From: an uncultured Actinomycetota bacterium | GTDB lineage: Bacteria > Actinomycetota > Actinomycetes > Mycobacteriales > Micromonosporaceae | Assembly: GCA_963815125.1 (NCBI GenBank) | Contig: CAWFFM010000001.1 | Location: forward strand, 484,713 to 548,712 | Length of the DNA: 64,000 nucleotides | Direction of reading: 5' to 3' | In this document: piece by piece, positions 1-9,316 of the stretch | How positions within the stretch are numbered: the first letter of the stretch is position 1 | How the letters are laid out: the number at the start of each line of letters is the position of its first letter | Made by a program: the position numbers and the translations under genes | Notes under the pieces: model-generated | The model's input: only the letters and a program-made list of their open reading frames with translations | What the model was told of the DNA's origin: nothing | The model's database searches: none

Positions 1-306
1 CAGCGGTACCGCGAGGAAGCACGTCTCCAGTACGGTCATCCCGGCCAGTACGGCGCCTCTGCCGAGCGCGACGGCAGTTCCGTACGACGCGCGGCGGAGA
101 TCGTCGAGTCCGCGCGGCACCGTTCCCGGCCAGGCAGAACCGATCTTCCTGGTGTCCCGACCCTTCCGCACCTGGTCCTCCACCCCGCCCCGGCGGTACG
201 CCCGGCCGGCGCACCGCTGTCCAGTGTGACCGGGTGGGCGGCCGGGCACAGTGTGCCCTTCCTCCCGGTCCTGGTGGGGCTGCACCCACCTGGGCCAGGG
301 GCCGGT

Positions 307-1254
307 TCAGGGTCGGCGGTTGCCGGGCGCCGGTGTGCGGGCCAGTCGCCGGGAGATCGGCGGCTGACCGCCCGGGCGCTGCGGCCCCGCGGTCCACGCC
401 GGGCCTGCCGCCGGCTGCTCGCCGGACATCGGACTGGGTGTCCTGGCGGGTCGTGGGCCTGCCGACGCACCCAGGTCCCGCTCGCGTTTCTCGGCGTTGC
501 GCCGCAACTGGTTGCTGAACTCGGCGTCGGCGACCAGTTCGGCGGGTGAGGCGGAGAACGCGACGAAGATGAGCAGCACGACGGTGACGATGCTGACCAC
601 CAGGAGCAACGGCATGAGCAGGCTGTCGAACGAGGTGCCGGCGGACAGGTCCACGCCGGTCTTCGGGGTCAGCCGCATGGCGGCCATCCCGGTGTAGTGC
701 ATGCCGCAGACCGCGACACCCATCAGCGCGGCCGCGGCCAGGGTGGCTCTGCGGCCCCGGATGACCAGGGTGAACCAGAGCGCCACCGCCGAGGCCACGA
801 CGGCGATGAGAATGGAGAGGCTGAACAGGATCGGTTCGAAGCTCATCGACGCGGGCAGGACGATCGCGGCCATGCCCAGGTAGTGCATGCCGGCCACACC
901 GACGCCCATCAGCAGGCCGGCCAGCGCGATCCGGTGCAGCTTGCGCCCGTCGTTCCCGACGATCGCCAGTCCGGCACCCACCGCGACGATCGCGACGACG
1001 GCGCTGACCGCGGTCAGCAGCAGGTCGTACCTGATCTGCACGTCACCGACGCTGAATCCCAGCATGGCTATGAAGTGCATCACCCAGATCCCGGTACCGC
1101 CCAGGGACACGGATGCCACGGCGAGCCAGCCGCGCCTTCCCGGGCCGGTGAGTACCCGGGCCCGGGCCGCACACATCAGTCCCAGCAGACAGCCGACGTA
1201 CGAGGCCGCGTACGCGAGCACCGGGGTGAGCGCTCCGTAACTGAAGTGGTGCAT
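307..1254 (-). CDS. MHYT-domain integral membrane protein (stand-alone sensor-type domain, CoxC/CoxH-like), no recognisable output domain
   Basis: Taken from ORF 307..1323. There are three MHYT-type motifs in successive TM pairs (MHFIAM, MHYLGM, MHYTGM). I chose the internal ATG at 1254 (MHHFSYGALTPVL...), which sits just before the first TM helix. The C-terminal tail is Pro/Arg-rich. Confidence 0.8.
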   Translation of the reverse strand: MHHFSYGALTPVLAYAASYVGCLLGLMCAARARVLTGPGRRGWLAVASVSLGGTGIWVMHFIAMLGFSVGDVQIRYDLLLTAVSAVVAIVAVGAGLAIVGNDGRKLHRIALAGLLMGVGVAGMHYLGMAAIVLPASMSFEPILFSLSILIAVVASAVALWFTLVIRGRRATLAAAALMGVAVCGMHYTGMAAMRLTPKTGVDLSAGTSFDSLLMPLLLVVSIVTVVLLIFVAFSASPAELVADAEFSNQLRRNAEKRERDLGASAGPRPARTPSPMSGEQPAAGPAWTAGPQRPGGQPPISRRLARTPAPGNRRP

Positions 1255-1499
1255 TGGCACGATGGGGACTGCCTTTCGCTGAGGAACGGTGTCACGGAGG
1301 GCATCGACAGGACACGCGCTCAACCGTCAGTTCGAATCCGCTCCGGGCCGCGTTACCAGAACCTGTCGAGGACTCTAGACGAATCTCCGCGCTGGTGATG
1401 ACAGCGGCATCGGCCCGAGCCGATGACCAGCCAGATCTCCGGAGTGTCCTGCGTTACTTTATTTGCGCCGAGCCCTGCATCTCGCTACGGTCACGCATT

Positions 1500-3188
1500 G
1501 TGCATCTGTTGCTGCTCGTGTCCGCATTCAACGGACTGACCCAACGTATCTGGGACGAACTACGGGACCGCGGCCATGATGTGACCGTGGAGTTCGCCAT
1601 CGACGAACAGACCATCTCTGAGGGTGTCCACCGCGCGCAGCCGGACCTGATCCTCTGCCCGTTCCTCAAGGAGCGGGTGCCCACCGAGGTCTGGACCAAG
1701 TGGCGCACCATCATCATCCACCCGGGGCCGGTCGGCGACCGGGGTCCGTCCTCTCTGGACTGGGCGATCACCGAATCCGCTCCGATGTGGGGCGTGACCG
1801 CGCTGCAGGCGGTCGAGGAGATGGACGCCGGCCCGATCTGGGCGCACCGCGAGTTCGCGATGCCGGCCGATCCGCCCCGCAAGTCCGCGCTGTACACCGG
1901 GCCGGTCGCCGATGCCGCGGTCGCCTGCGCGCTGGAAGCCGTCGAGCACGCCGCCGATCCGGGTTTCCGGCCGGTCCCCCTGGACGAGGCGGAGCGTCCG
2001 GTACGCGACGCGCGGCTGCGACCCCTGCTCAAGCAGACCGACCGGGCCTTCGACTGGTCCGACGACGCCGCCACCATCCTGCGCCGGATCCGCGCCGCGG
2101 ACGGCTTCCCCGGGGTACGTACCGAGCTGGCCGGCATGCCGGTGCACGCCTTCGACGCACACCCCGCAGGTGGGCCGGACGGCTCCCTGTTGCCGGAGGG
2201 CAATGAGCTCGGGGACCCGATCTCGGGACGCCCGGGTGAGATCATCGGCCGGCAGTCCGGGTATGTCCTGGTCGCCGCCGGTACCGGTGCGGTCTGGATC
2301 GGGCAGCTGCGGCAACGGGGCAGGCCGAAGCTGCCCGCGACCACGGTGCTGGGCGCCGCGATCGACCGGGTACCGCTGCGCGAGGACGGGCCCGCCGAGA
2401 TCTCCTACCGGCGCTGCGGTCCGGTAGGCGAACTGACGTTCCGCTTCTACAACGGGGCGGTCGGCGTCGACCAGTGCCGACGGCTGCGCCGCGAACTGCA
2501 CCGGGCGGCCCGGCAGGACACCAGGGTGCTGGTACTGCGCGGTGGCCTGGACACCTTCTGCAACGGCATCCACCTCGGGGAGATCTCCGCCGCGGCCGAT
2601 CCGGCGGCGAGCGCCTGGGAGAACATCAAGGCGATCAACCTGGTCTGCCGCGAGGTGGTCGAGGCGGGCGAGGAACAGGTCACCATCTCCGCGTTCACCG
2701 GCAACGCCGGCGCCGGCGGGGTGATGCTCGGCCTCGGTGCCGACGTGGTGGTGGCCCGCTCCGGTGTGGTCCTCAACCCGTACTACGACATGGGCCTGTA
2801 CGGCTCCGAGCTGCACACCTTCACGCTGCCCCGCCGGGTCGGCATGCAGCAGGCGGAGCGGTTGTTGTCCGACTGCCTACCGGTCGGTGCTGCAACCGCG
2901 CAACGGTTGGGCCTGGTGGATCTGACCGGCCCCGGCGATCCTGCCGAGTTCGACGCCTGGCTGACCAACCTGGCCGAGCAGTCCGCCGAGCCGGTCACCT
3001 GGCGTCGGATCGTCGCGGGACGCAAACCCGCGCCGCGTCCGTTGGACTACCACGAGACGCTGGAACTGGCGGAGATGGCCCGCGACATGTTCGACGATCG
3101 GAGCGGTTTCGCCGCAGCGCGGGAATCCTTCGTACGCAAGGTCCCGGCGACCCAGACACCGGACAGGCTGGCCCTGCACCGCCGCTGA
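1500..3188 (+). CDS. hypX: HypX/HoxX-like two-domain protein (N-terminal formyltransferase-like domain, C-terminal enoyl-CoA hydratase/crotonase-like domain)
   Basis: Taken from ORF 1254..3188. The N-terminal part (HLLLLVSAFNGLTQRIWDEL, LILCPFLKERVP, IIIHPGPVGDRGPSSLDWAI) resembles Fmt-type formyltransferases. The C-terminal part (VLVLRGGLDTFCNGIHL, FTGNAGAGGVMLGLGADVV) resembles crotonases. I chose the in-frame GTG at 1500, because the first 82 codons of the ORF look non-coding. Confidence 0.75.
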   Translation: MHLLLLVSAFNGLTQRIWDELRDRGHDVTVEFAIDEQTISEGVHRAQPDLILCPFLKERVPTEVWTKWRTIIIHPGPVGDRGPSSLDWAITESAPMWGVTALQAVEEMDAGPIWAHREFAMPADPPRKSALYTGPVADAAVACALEAVEHAADPGFRPVPLDEAERPVRDARLRPLLKQTDRAFDWSDDAATILRRIRAADGFPGVRTELAGMPVHAFDAHPAGGPDGSLLPEGNELGDPISGRPGEIIGRQSGYVLVAAGTGAVWIGQLRQRGRPKLPATTVLGAAIDRVPLREDGPAEISYRRCGPVGELTFRFYNGAVGVDQCRRLRRELHRAARQDTRVLVLRGGLDTFCNGIHLGEISAAADPAASAWENIKAINLVCREVVEAGEEQVTISAFTGNAGAGGVMLGLGADVVVARSGVVLNPYYDMGLYGSELHTFTLPRRVGMQQAERLLSDCLPVGAATAQRLGLVDLTGPGDPAEFDAWLTNLAEQSAEPVTWRRIVAGRKPAPRPLDYHETLELAEMARDMFDDRSGFAAARESFVRKVPATQTPDRLALHRR

Positions 3189-3247
3189 GCGTGCGCACAG
3201 TGGAGCTCCGCCCGGTAGGGACGGGCGGAGCTCCGGGTCGGGGCCGA

Positions 3248-3634
3248 CTAGCAGGTGGAGCCGTCGTTGACGTGCTTACCGAGCGCGGCGCTCTCCACCC
3301 AGACGTCGTTGTACGGGGCCGCGTAGGGGCTCTGGTCGGTGTTGACGTTGCCCCAGGCGAAGCCGCGCGCCCAGCCGGAGTCCCGGTACTCGTACACGCT
3401 GAAGGTCTGGTTCTGGTAGAGCTGCGTCCACGCCTGTCCGGCCGGGTAGTTGCGGATGAACACCTTCGACCAGGTCACGCACCGGCGGTCGCCGCTGACC
3501 GCAGGGCTGACCTGATGGCCGGTGACGGCGGGTGCGCCGAGTGCCGGTGCGGTGCCGACCAGGCTGAGGGTGCCGGCCAGTACCGCGGCGCCGGCCACCG
3601 CGGCCGCGCAGCGGCGTACTTTCCTGCCGTTCAT
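3248..3634 (-). CDS. small secreted protein with a Cys-bracketed SH3b-like domain
   Basis: The internal ATG at 3634 gives MNGRKVRRCAAAVAGAAVLAGTLSLVGTAPALGAP, a Sec-type signal peptide. The mature part runs from RRCVTW to DGSTC, with a beta-rich motif in between (QTFSVYEYRDSGWARGF). Third-codon positions are GC-rich. Confidence 0.6.
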   Translation of the reverse strand: MNGRKVRRCAAAVAGAAVLAGTLSLVGTAPALGAPAVTGHQVSPAVSGDRRCVTWSKVFIRNYPAGQAWTQLYQNQTFSVYEYRDSGWARGFAWGNVNTDQSPYAAPYNDVWVESAALGKHVNDGSTC

Positions 3635-3686
3635 GCGATCTCCTTCGTTGCTCGATGCGTCCGGAGGGGCGCCGTGTTCGTCGTGG

Positions 3687-3977
3687 TCAGGCGCTGCACA
3701 GCTGGCTGGACAGCACGTAGCCGGACACGCCGTTGTAGTTGCGTACGCCGAAGTCCCAGCTGCCGTCCTCGTGGTACACCTGGAAGTGCGCGCCCCGGGG
3801 CAGCGCGTCGAGTCGGGTCGACGAGGTGCTCTCGTACTGGTAGATGTACGCGGTGTCGGTGTGGCAGACCACCGCGTCGTAGCCGTGCTGGTCGGCCTGG
3901 GCCGGAGCGGCGAACGACAGGCAGAGCCCGCCGACCACGCCCACACCGGCGAGCAGCCGGTAGATCCTGGTACGCAT
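3687..3977 (-). CDS. small secreted protein with a Cys-bracketed SH3b-like domain (paralogue-like to 3248..3634)
   Basis: The internal ATG at 3977 gives MRTRIYRLLAGVGVVGGLCLSFAAPAQA, a signal peptide. The mature 68 aa run from VVCHTD to SSQLCSA and contain the motif GAHFQVYHEDGSWDFGV..GVSGYVLSSQL. Confidence 0.6.
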   Translation of the reverse strand: MRTRIYRLLAGVGVVGGLCLSFAAPAQADQHGYDAVVCHTDTAYIYQYESTSSTRLDALPRGAHFQVYHEDGSWDFGVRNYNGVSGYVLSSQLCSA

Positions 3978-4109
3978 GGTGCCTCCTGTTGCCGGGATGC
4001 GATCGCGGATGGTGTCGAGTCGCCCGCGAACCGTGCCGTGGAACTGAGTTGTGCTACTCGGTGGTATGCCAGGACTACCTCGTACGGGTAGTGTTTCGGA
4101 CAGGTTCGG

Positions 4110-4928
4110 ATGAACCCGGACACCCGCGGATGGACTCTCGCCATGACGACAGCTCATCGGGCGCCGGAGTCAGGCGGCCTCGGCGGACCCGGCCCGGACG
4201 GTGCGGCCGATGTGCCCGGCTTCGCGCGTGATCTGCGTGATCTGCGCCGGCTTGCCGGCTCACCGAGCTACGCCGAACTGAGCCGGCGCACCGGCCTGCC
4301 GCGCAGCACCGTGTACGACGGCCTGCGCGGGCAGCGGCTGCCCAGCCTGGCGCTCACCCTCGCCGTGGTACGTGCGCTATCCGGGGACGAGGAGCAGTGG
4401 CGGCACCGCTGGGTTGCGCTGCGCCGGGCCTGCGACGACCTGGCACGGCCCGGACCGGCCGCGGGCACACCTGCCGGGGGGCCGGAGGCCGCACCCGCGG
4501 TCGAGCCAGGACCGCGCGTGCCGGCCGGACCGCCCGCGTCGGCTGCCCGATCGGCCGTGGAACCGGCCGTGGAACCGGCGCCGGTTCCGGACACCGGCAC
4601 CCGCCGACCGGTACGGATGCGCCGCCGTCGGCTGGGAGTCCTGCTCCTGCTGGGGCTCGTCCTGCTCGCGGGAACCGGCCTGGTGGTCCGGTGGCAGTGG
4701 CCCGGTCGGTGCATGGTGCTGCGCGAGTACCGGGCGAAGTCACCTGGCGCGGTACTGACGGCCGATGGCCAGGTGACCGGTCGGACCCGGCGCGGGGACC
4801 TGGTCGAGGTACGCAGCCTGGCCCACACCCACTATGCGCACCGCTACTACGGCACGGACCTGCGCACCGGGGACCACGGCTACTTCGACGAGGCGCGGTT
4901 GCGTTTCAGTCGGGAGCGCTGCGCCTGA
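4110..4928 (+). CDS. membrane-anchored XRE-type helix-turn-helix regulator with an extracytoplasmic Cys-bracketed SH3-like domain
   Basis: The layout is an HTH-like segment (SYAELSRRTGLPRSTVYDGLRGQRLPSLALTLAVVRAL), a Pro/Ala-rich linker, a single TM helix (LGVLLLLGLVLLAGTGLVV) and a C-terminal domain of about 75 aa running from GRCMVL to RERCA. The start could be 4110 or the ATG at 4143. Confidence 0.65.
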   Translation: MNPDTRGWTLAMTTAHRAPESGGLGGPGPDGAADVPGFARDLRDLRRLAGSPSYAELSRRTGLPRSTVYDGLRGQRLPSLALTLAVVRALSGDEEQWRHRWVALRRACDDLARPGPAAGTPAGGPEAAPAVEPGPRVPAGPPASAARSAVEPAVEPAPVPDTGTRRPVRMRRRRLGVLLLLGLVLLAGTGLVVRWQWPGRCMVLREYRAKSPGAVLTADGQVTGRTRRGDLVEVRSLAHTHYAHRYYGTDLRTGDHGYFDEARLRFSRERCA

Positions 4929-4980
4929 GCGTGGCGGCACCGGCGCCGCCGACCTGTTGCCGTGGTCGGCGGCGCCGTGC

Positions 4981-6069
4981 TCAGGCCGGCAGCTTCGAGG
5001 TCAGTTCCGGATGGGTCAGCAGGAGATCGTCGACGGTGTCGGTACGCATCGCCTTGAACAGTTCGCCGCCGAGTGGCTGCTGCAGCCCCTCACCCTGGTA
5101 GTTGTCGGTGCCGCCGATCGAGTAGTGCGGCACCTGCAGGGTGACGATCTTCGCCGGGGTGATGTTGTGCAGCGCCAGGCCGACCTCGGCGACGCTGTAG
5201 CCGCCCAGGTCCAGGGTGACCGACTTGCCGGCGGCCTTCACCACGCTGCTGAGCTTGCTCGGGTCGCTGACCACGCCCTTGCTGGTGGCCTGCTTGAGGA
5301 TCTGCTTGATGAACTGCTGCTGCAACTGCTGCCGGCCGTAGTCGCCGCCGGGCAGGTCGTCGCGCTGCCGGACCAGTTTCAGAGCCTTGTCGGCCTCGTA
5401 ATGGTGGCAGCCCTTCTGGAAGGTCAGCGGGGTGTTGGTGAAGCCCGGCTGGTGCGAGGTGAAGCCCTGGTCCAGGCACATGGTGACGCCACCGAGCGCG
5501 GTGGTGATCTCCTTGAAACCGTCCCAGTTGACCAGACCGGCCATGTCCCATTCCGCGCCGGTCAGCTTGGTGACGGTCCGGCTGAGCAGGGTCATGCCGC
5601 CCGCTGTGTCGTTGACGTCCTTCATTCCGGACGGGAACGAGGCGTTGAGCCGGTCGGTGCTGCCCTCGAAGCCGCTGTGCGGGTCGGCCGGGATCTGCAC
5701 CTGCAGGTCACGGGGGAGCGACAGCAGGTAGGCGTGGTCCAGACCGGGTGGGATGTGCAGCCACATGATGGAGTCGGTACGCGGTTTCTCCCCGCTGCTC
5801 TTCCAACTGTCGCGCAGGTCACTGCCGGCGAGCAGCATGTCGATCGGGCCCTTGACCGCGTCGCCGTTGTTGTGCTTACGGGAGCCGTTGTCGATCAGGC
5901 TGGCCTGATGGACCGCTCCGTTGACCTGGTCGAGCACGATGGAACCGGCCGCCAGCCCGCCGCCGGAGAGCACGACGAGCACGACGCCGAACACCAGTGA
6001 GAGCTTGGCCCACCACGGTGCGCGTCGTTTCTTGACCGACCTGCCACCGGCTGGTCGATGTTCACCCAC
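4981..6069 (-). CDS. LytR-CpsA-Psr (LCP) family cell-wall glycopolymer ligase
   Basis: There is an N-terminal TM anchor followed by LCP core motifs (LLAGSDLRD, DSIMWLHIPPGLDHAYLLSLPRDLQVQIP, VRQRDDLPGGDYGRQQLQQQFIK). The start is GTG. Confidence 0.85.
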   Translation of the reverse strand: MGEHRPAGGRSVKKRRAPWWAKLSLVFGVVLVVLSGGGLAAGSIVLDQVNGAVHQASLIDNGSRKHNNGDAVKGPIDMLLAGSDLRDSWKSSGEKPRTDSIMWLHIPPGLDHAYLLSLPRDLQVQIPADPHSGFEGSTDRLNASFPSGMKDVNDTAGGMTLLSRTVTKLTGAEWDMAGLVNWDGFKEITTALGGVTMCLDQGFTSHQPGFTNTPLTFQKGCHHYEADKALKLVRQRDDLPGGDYGRQQLQQQFIKQILKQATSKGVVSDPSKLSSVVKAAGKSVTLDLGGYSVAEVGLALHNITPAKIVTLQVPHYSIGGTDNYQGEGLQQPLGGELFKAMRTDTVDDLLLTHPELTSKLPA

Positions 6070-6328
6070 AGCGACCCCTCAGTTTGTCCATGACCGGGCC
6101 CGCGGGTGCCTGCCATCCGCGGGTCGACGTGCCATAACTTGCGACGATGTGAACACGTAGCGTCGATGATGACAGTTGCGACGCCATGCCGTTGCCTTGT
6201 CGCGCCGGCACGCTGCGTGTCTTCAGCTTCGTCGTCGTTCTCCGGGTCCGTCACAGCCTGCCTGCCGGGGACCCGGAGGGCAAGATACCCGGTGTAGCTG
6301 AGAGTTTCCCGATGGGCCGGGGTGTCGT

Positions 6329-6853
6329 TCACCTCAGGCAGTGGCCGGCCCGTTCGGAGTAGGCGACCACGTGGACCGGGCAGCGGACCCCGCGGGCCAG
6401 GGCGTGGGCCGGACAACGGTGGAAATGTCGGGTCCACCAGTGGCGCGTCCGGGCGGCCAGGTAGACCGAGCGGACCGCGAACATCTCCGCCGCGCTGCGT
6501 AGCTGCTCGACCGGATCGCCGGACCGGACCTGGAACTGCCAGCGGACCCCGCCGCTCTCCAGAACCTGTACGCAGTCCAGCCAGGCACTGAGTTCGCCGT
6601 CGTCTCGTCCGTCCAGCCAACTGGAGCCGACGCCGCCGGCGAAGGCGTAGCCCAGCGCCTCCATCGGGGTCAGCCCCCGGCGGACATGGACGGCCACGAC
6701 CTCGAGTCGGTCCGCCCTGGCCGCCCGGCCCGCTTCGGCCAGGGCCGCCCGCCCTGCCGGGCTGCCGTCCACCCCGACCATGACCCGCCGCCCGGTGCCC
6801 TCCGGTCTCGTGGGGCCGTGCTGCCGCTCACTGCTCACCGTCACGCTCATCAC
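6329..6853 (-). CDS. universal stress protein (UspA family)
   Basis: VMVGVDGSPAGRAALAEAGRAARADRLEVVAVHV is a typical USP N-terminal strand-loop-helix. The size (174 aa) fits. The C-terminal half is divergent. Confidence 0.65.
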   Translation of the reverse strand: MMSVTVSSERQHGPTRPEGTGRRVMVGVDGSPAGRAALAEAGRAARADRLEVVAVHVRRGLTPMEALGYAFAGGVGSSWLDGRDDGELSAWLDCVQVLESGGVRWQFQVRSGDPVEQLRSAAEMFAVRSVYLAARTRHWWTRHFHRCPAHALARGVRCPVHVVAYSERAGHCLR

Positions 6854-6998
6854 CTGTTCCGCGGCTCAGTCGGTGCGCACCGGACGAGGAGTGCCGTGTA
6901 TCGCACGCTATGCAGGGAAGTGGCGGGTTCGCAAGGCCTTCCTGCCCGCTCGGTCTGTCCGCCGACCCGCAGCAGCGTGTTGACGAGCCGGTGCGGCG

Positions 6999-8291
6999 AT
7001 GCAGACTGGAGGCCACCGGACGGACCACCGGAGGTTGATGATGGGCCGGGACGCAGTCGGGATCGGCGGCGCGGACGATGTGCTGGATGCCGCTCAGGTA
7101 CGCCATTTCGTGACCGAGCAACTGGCCGGCGACGACTACGACGGTGCGCGGGTCTGCGTACTCGTACCCGACGGCACCCGCAGCTGTCCGCTGCCGCTGC
7201 TGCTGGACGCGGTACATGCAGCCCTGGCACACCGGGTCCGGTCGTTGAGTGTGCTGGTCGCTCTCGGCACCCATGCGCCGATGTCGGCCGACCAGTTGAC
7301 CGGGCTGGTGGGCGCCGACCTCGTCGACAAGCTGGACGAGGGCGCGGTCCGCAACCACGCGTGGTGGAACCCGGACCGTCTGGTCACCCTGGGGCAGCTG
7401 GATGCGGGACGGATCGCCGAACTGTCCGCCGGGCGACTGGACGCCACTGTGGACGTGACGGTCAACCGTGCCGTACTGGAGAACGACGTACTGCTCGTGG
7501 TGGGCCCGGTGTTCCCGCACGAGGTGGTGGGATTCTCCGGGGGGAACAAGTACCTGTTCCCGGGTATCTCCGGGCCCGAGGTCATCGACGTGTCGCACTG
7601 GCTCGGTGCGCTGATCACCAGTGCCACGATGATCGGCACCCACGACACCCCGGTACGGCGACTGATCGACGCGGCGGCACAGCTGGTGCCCTGCCGTACC
7701 CGGGCGCTGAGCATGGTGGTGCAGTCCGGCAGCAACCTGTTGCACTCGATCGCCTACGGCCGTACCGAGGATTCCTGGGCGCTGGCCGCCGAGGTGGCCG
7801 CACGGGCGCATGTGCGCTACCTGGACCGGCCGGTGCGCCGGGTGCTCTCGCTCATCCCGGACCGCTACGACGAGATGTGGACCGCTGCCAAGGGGATGTA
7901 CAAGGTGGAGCCGGTGGTGGCGGACGGTGGCGAGGTGGTGATCTACGCGCCGCACGTCCGTACGGTCAGTCACACCCACGAGGCCGACATCGCCGCGATC
8001 GGCTACCACTGCCGTGACTACTTCACCGGGCAGTGGGAACGTTTCCGTGACCATCCGTGGGGTGTGCTGGCGCACTCGACCCATCTGCGTGGCAGTGGCA
8101 CCTGGAGCGCTGAGGAGGGGGAGCGGTGCCGGGTCACCGTCACCCTGGCCACCGGGATCGACGAGCCGACCACCCGCGCGCTGGGACTGGACTACCGGGA
8201 CCCGGCCACGGTGGATCCGGCGCAGTGGGCGGGTGCGGACACGCTGGTGGTGCCGGACGCCGGTGAGGTGCTCTACCGACTCAAGGCATGA
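6999..8291 (+). CDS. lactate racemase (LarA) N-terminal domain family protein (DUF2088-type)
   Basis: Motifs VCVLVPDGTRSCPLP and VGPVFPHEVVGFSGGNKYLFPGISG, together with the length (about 430 aa), match LarA-like proteins. Confidence 0.7.
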   Translation: MQTGGHRTDHRRLMMGRDAVGIGGADDVLDAAQVRHFVTEQLAGDDYDGARVCVLVPDGTRSCPLPLLLDAVHAALAHRVRSLSVLVALGTHAPMSADQLTGLVGADLVDKLDEGAVRNHAWWNPDRLVTLGQLDAGRIAELSAGRLDATVDVTVNRAVLENDVLLVVGPVFPHEVVGFSGGNKYLFPGISGPEVIDVSHWLGALITSATMIGTHDTPVRRLIDAAAQLVPCRTRALSMVVQSGSNLLHSIAYGRTEDSWALAAEVAARAHVRYLDRPVRRVLSLIPDRYDEMWTAAKGMYKVEPVVADGGEVVIYAPHVRTVSHTHEADIAAIGYHCRDYFTGQWERFRDHPWGVLAHSTHLRGSGTWSAEEGERCRVTVTLATGIDEPTTRALGLDYRDPATVDPAQWAGADTLVVPDAGEVLYRLKA

Positions 8292-8425
8292 TCCGCATAT
8301 TCCTTTTTCATGCTACTGGGTGGTAATGTGCGATATCCGCTGCGACGTACATCACGTCTGTGGGGGATCATCGTCTGATTGCTCGCCGCCGCCCGCTGCC
8401 CCCGCACGGGCCGGAAGGGGTACCC

Positions 8426-9316
8426 ATGCGGATCCGGCCGGCACGAATCGCCCTCTTCGCCACCGCCCTGGCCGCTGTACTGCTCGTCAGCCCCGGTACC
8501 GCCTCCGCCGGCACACCGGCGAAGACCCCGATGATCTCGGCCGCCGCCGATCCCTCCGGCGACCCCATCGCACCACCACCGGGCGCCAACGACTGGTCCT
8601 GCCATCCCACCGCCGCACACCCGTACCCGGTGGTGCTGGTGCACGGCACCTTCGCCAACCGGTACGACAACTGGGTCGCGCTCTCGCCGCTGTTGGCGCA
8701 CCTGGGCTACTGCGTCTACGCCCTGGACTACGGCAACACGCCGGGCAACCTGATCCAGGGCATCGGGCCGGTGGCCGACTCCGCCCGCCAGCTCGCCACC
8801 TTCGTCGACCAGGTGCGTGCCAGTACCGGAGCCGACCGGGTCGACCTGGTCGGCCACTCGCAGGGTGGCATGATGCCGCGCTACTACCTGAAGTTCCTGG
8901 GCGGCGCGGCCAAGGTGCACAGCCTGGTCGGGTTGGCGCCGTCCAACCACGGGACCACATTGGACGGACTGGCCACGCTGGCCACCCAGTTCCCCGGCGC
9001 CAGCGATCTGGTCTACAGCGCCTGCCCGGCCTGCATCGACCAGGTGCGTGACTCCGACATGCTGACCCAGCTCAACGCCGGCGGCGACACGGTGCCCGGA
9101 GTGCGGTACACGGTGATCTCCACCCGGTACGACGAAGTGGTCACCCCGTACCGCTCACAGGCGCTGTCCGGGTCCACCGTGGACAACTACGTGCTGCAGG
9201 ACTCCTGCGTGGTGGACCTGGCCGAGCACGTGGCGATCGCCTTCGACGCGACCGCGCTGCACGAGGTACGGAACGCACTGGACCCGGCCCACGCGACCCC
9301 GGTGGGCTGCGGCTGA
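8426..9316 (+). CDS. secreted alpha/beta-hydrolase lipase/esterase
   Basis: The internal ATG at 8426 gives the signal peptide MRIRPARIALFATALAAVLLVSPGTASA. PVVLVHGTF is an oxyanion motif and VDLVGHSQGG is a nucleophile elbow (GHSQG). Confidence 0.75.
   Translation: MRIRPARIALFATALAAVLLVSPGTASAGTPAKTPMISAAADPSGDPIAPPPGANDWSCHPTAAHPYPVVLVHGTFANRYDNWVALSPLLAHLGYCVYALDYGNTPGNLIQGIGPVADSARQLATFVDQVRASTGADRVDLVGHSQGGMMPRYYLKFLGGAAKVHSLVGLAPSNHGTTLDGLATLATQFPGASDLVYSACPACIDQVRDSDMLTQLNAGGDTVPGVRYTVISTRYDEVVTPYRSQALSGSTVDNYVLQDSCVVDLAEHVAIAFDATALHEVRNALDPAHATPVGCG

Noticed and set aside
1-306. A minus-strand reading frame stays open from 306 to the window edge, in the same frame as the MHYT gene and after its stop. 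It reads ...GLDDLRRASYGTAVALGRGAVLAGMTVLETCFLAVPL.
   Set aside because: It runs off the window, has no recognisable motif and has several possible GTG or ATG starts. GC3 looks coding-like, but I cannot name or delimit a gene.
1254-1499. The TTG-initiated N-terminal extension of the HypX-like ORF, and similar 5' extensions of gadB (16769-17065), prfA (56539-56868), hom (40488-41606), rho (49338-49682) and the tsaC-like and PTP ORFs.
   Set aside because: The extensions are Arg/Pro-rich or poor in GC3, lack family motifs, and overlap upstream genes or intergenic DNA. Internal starts with SD sequences give proteins of canonical length.
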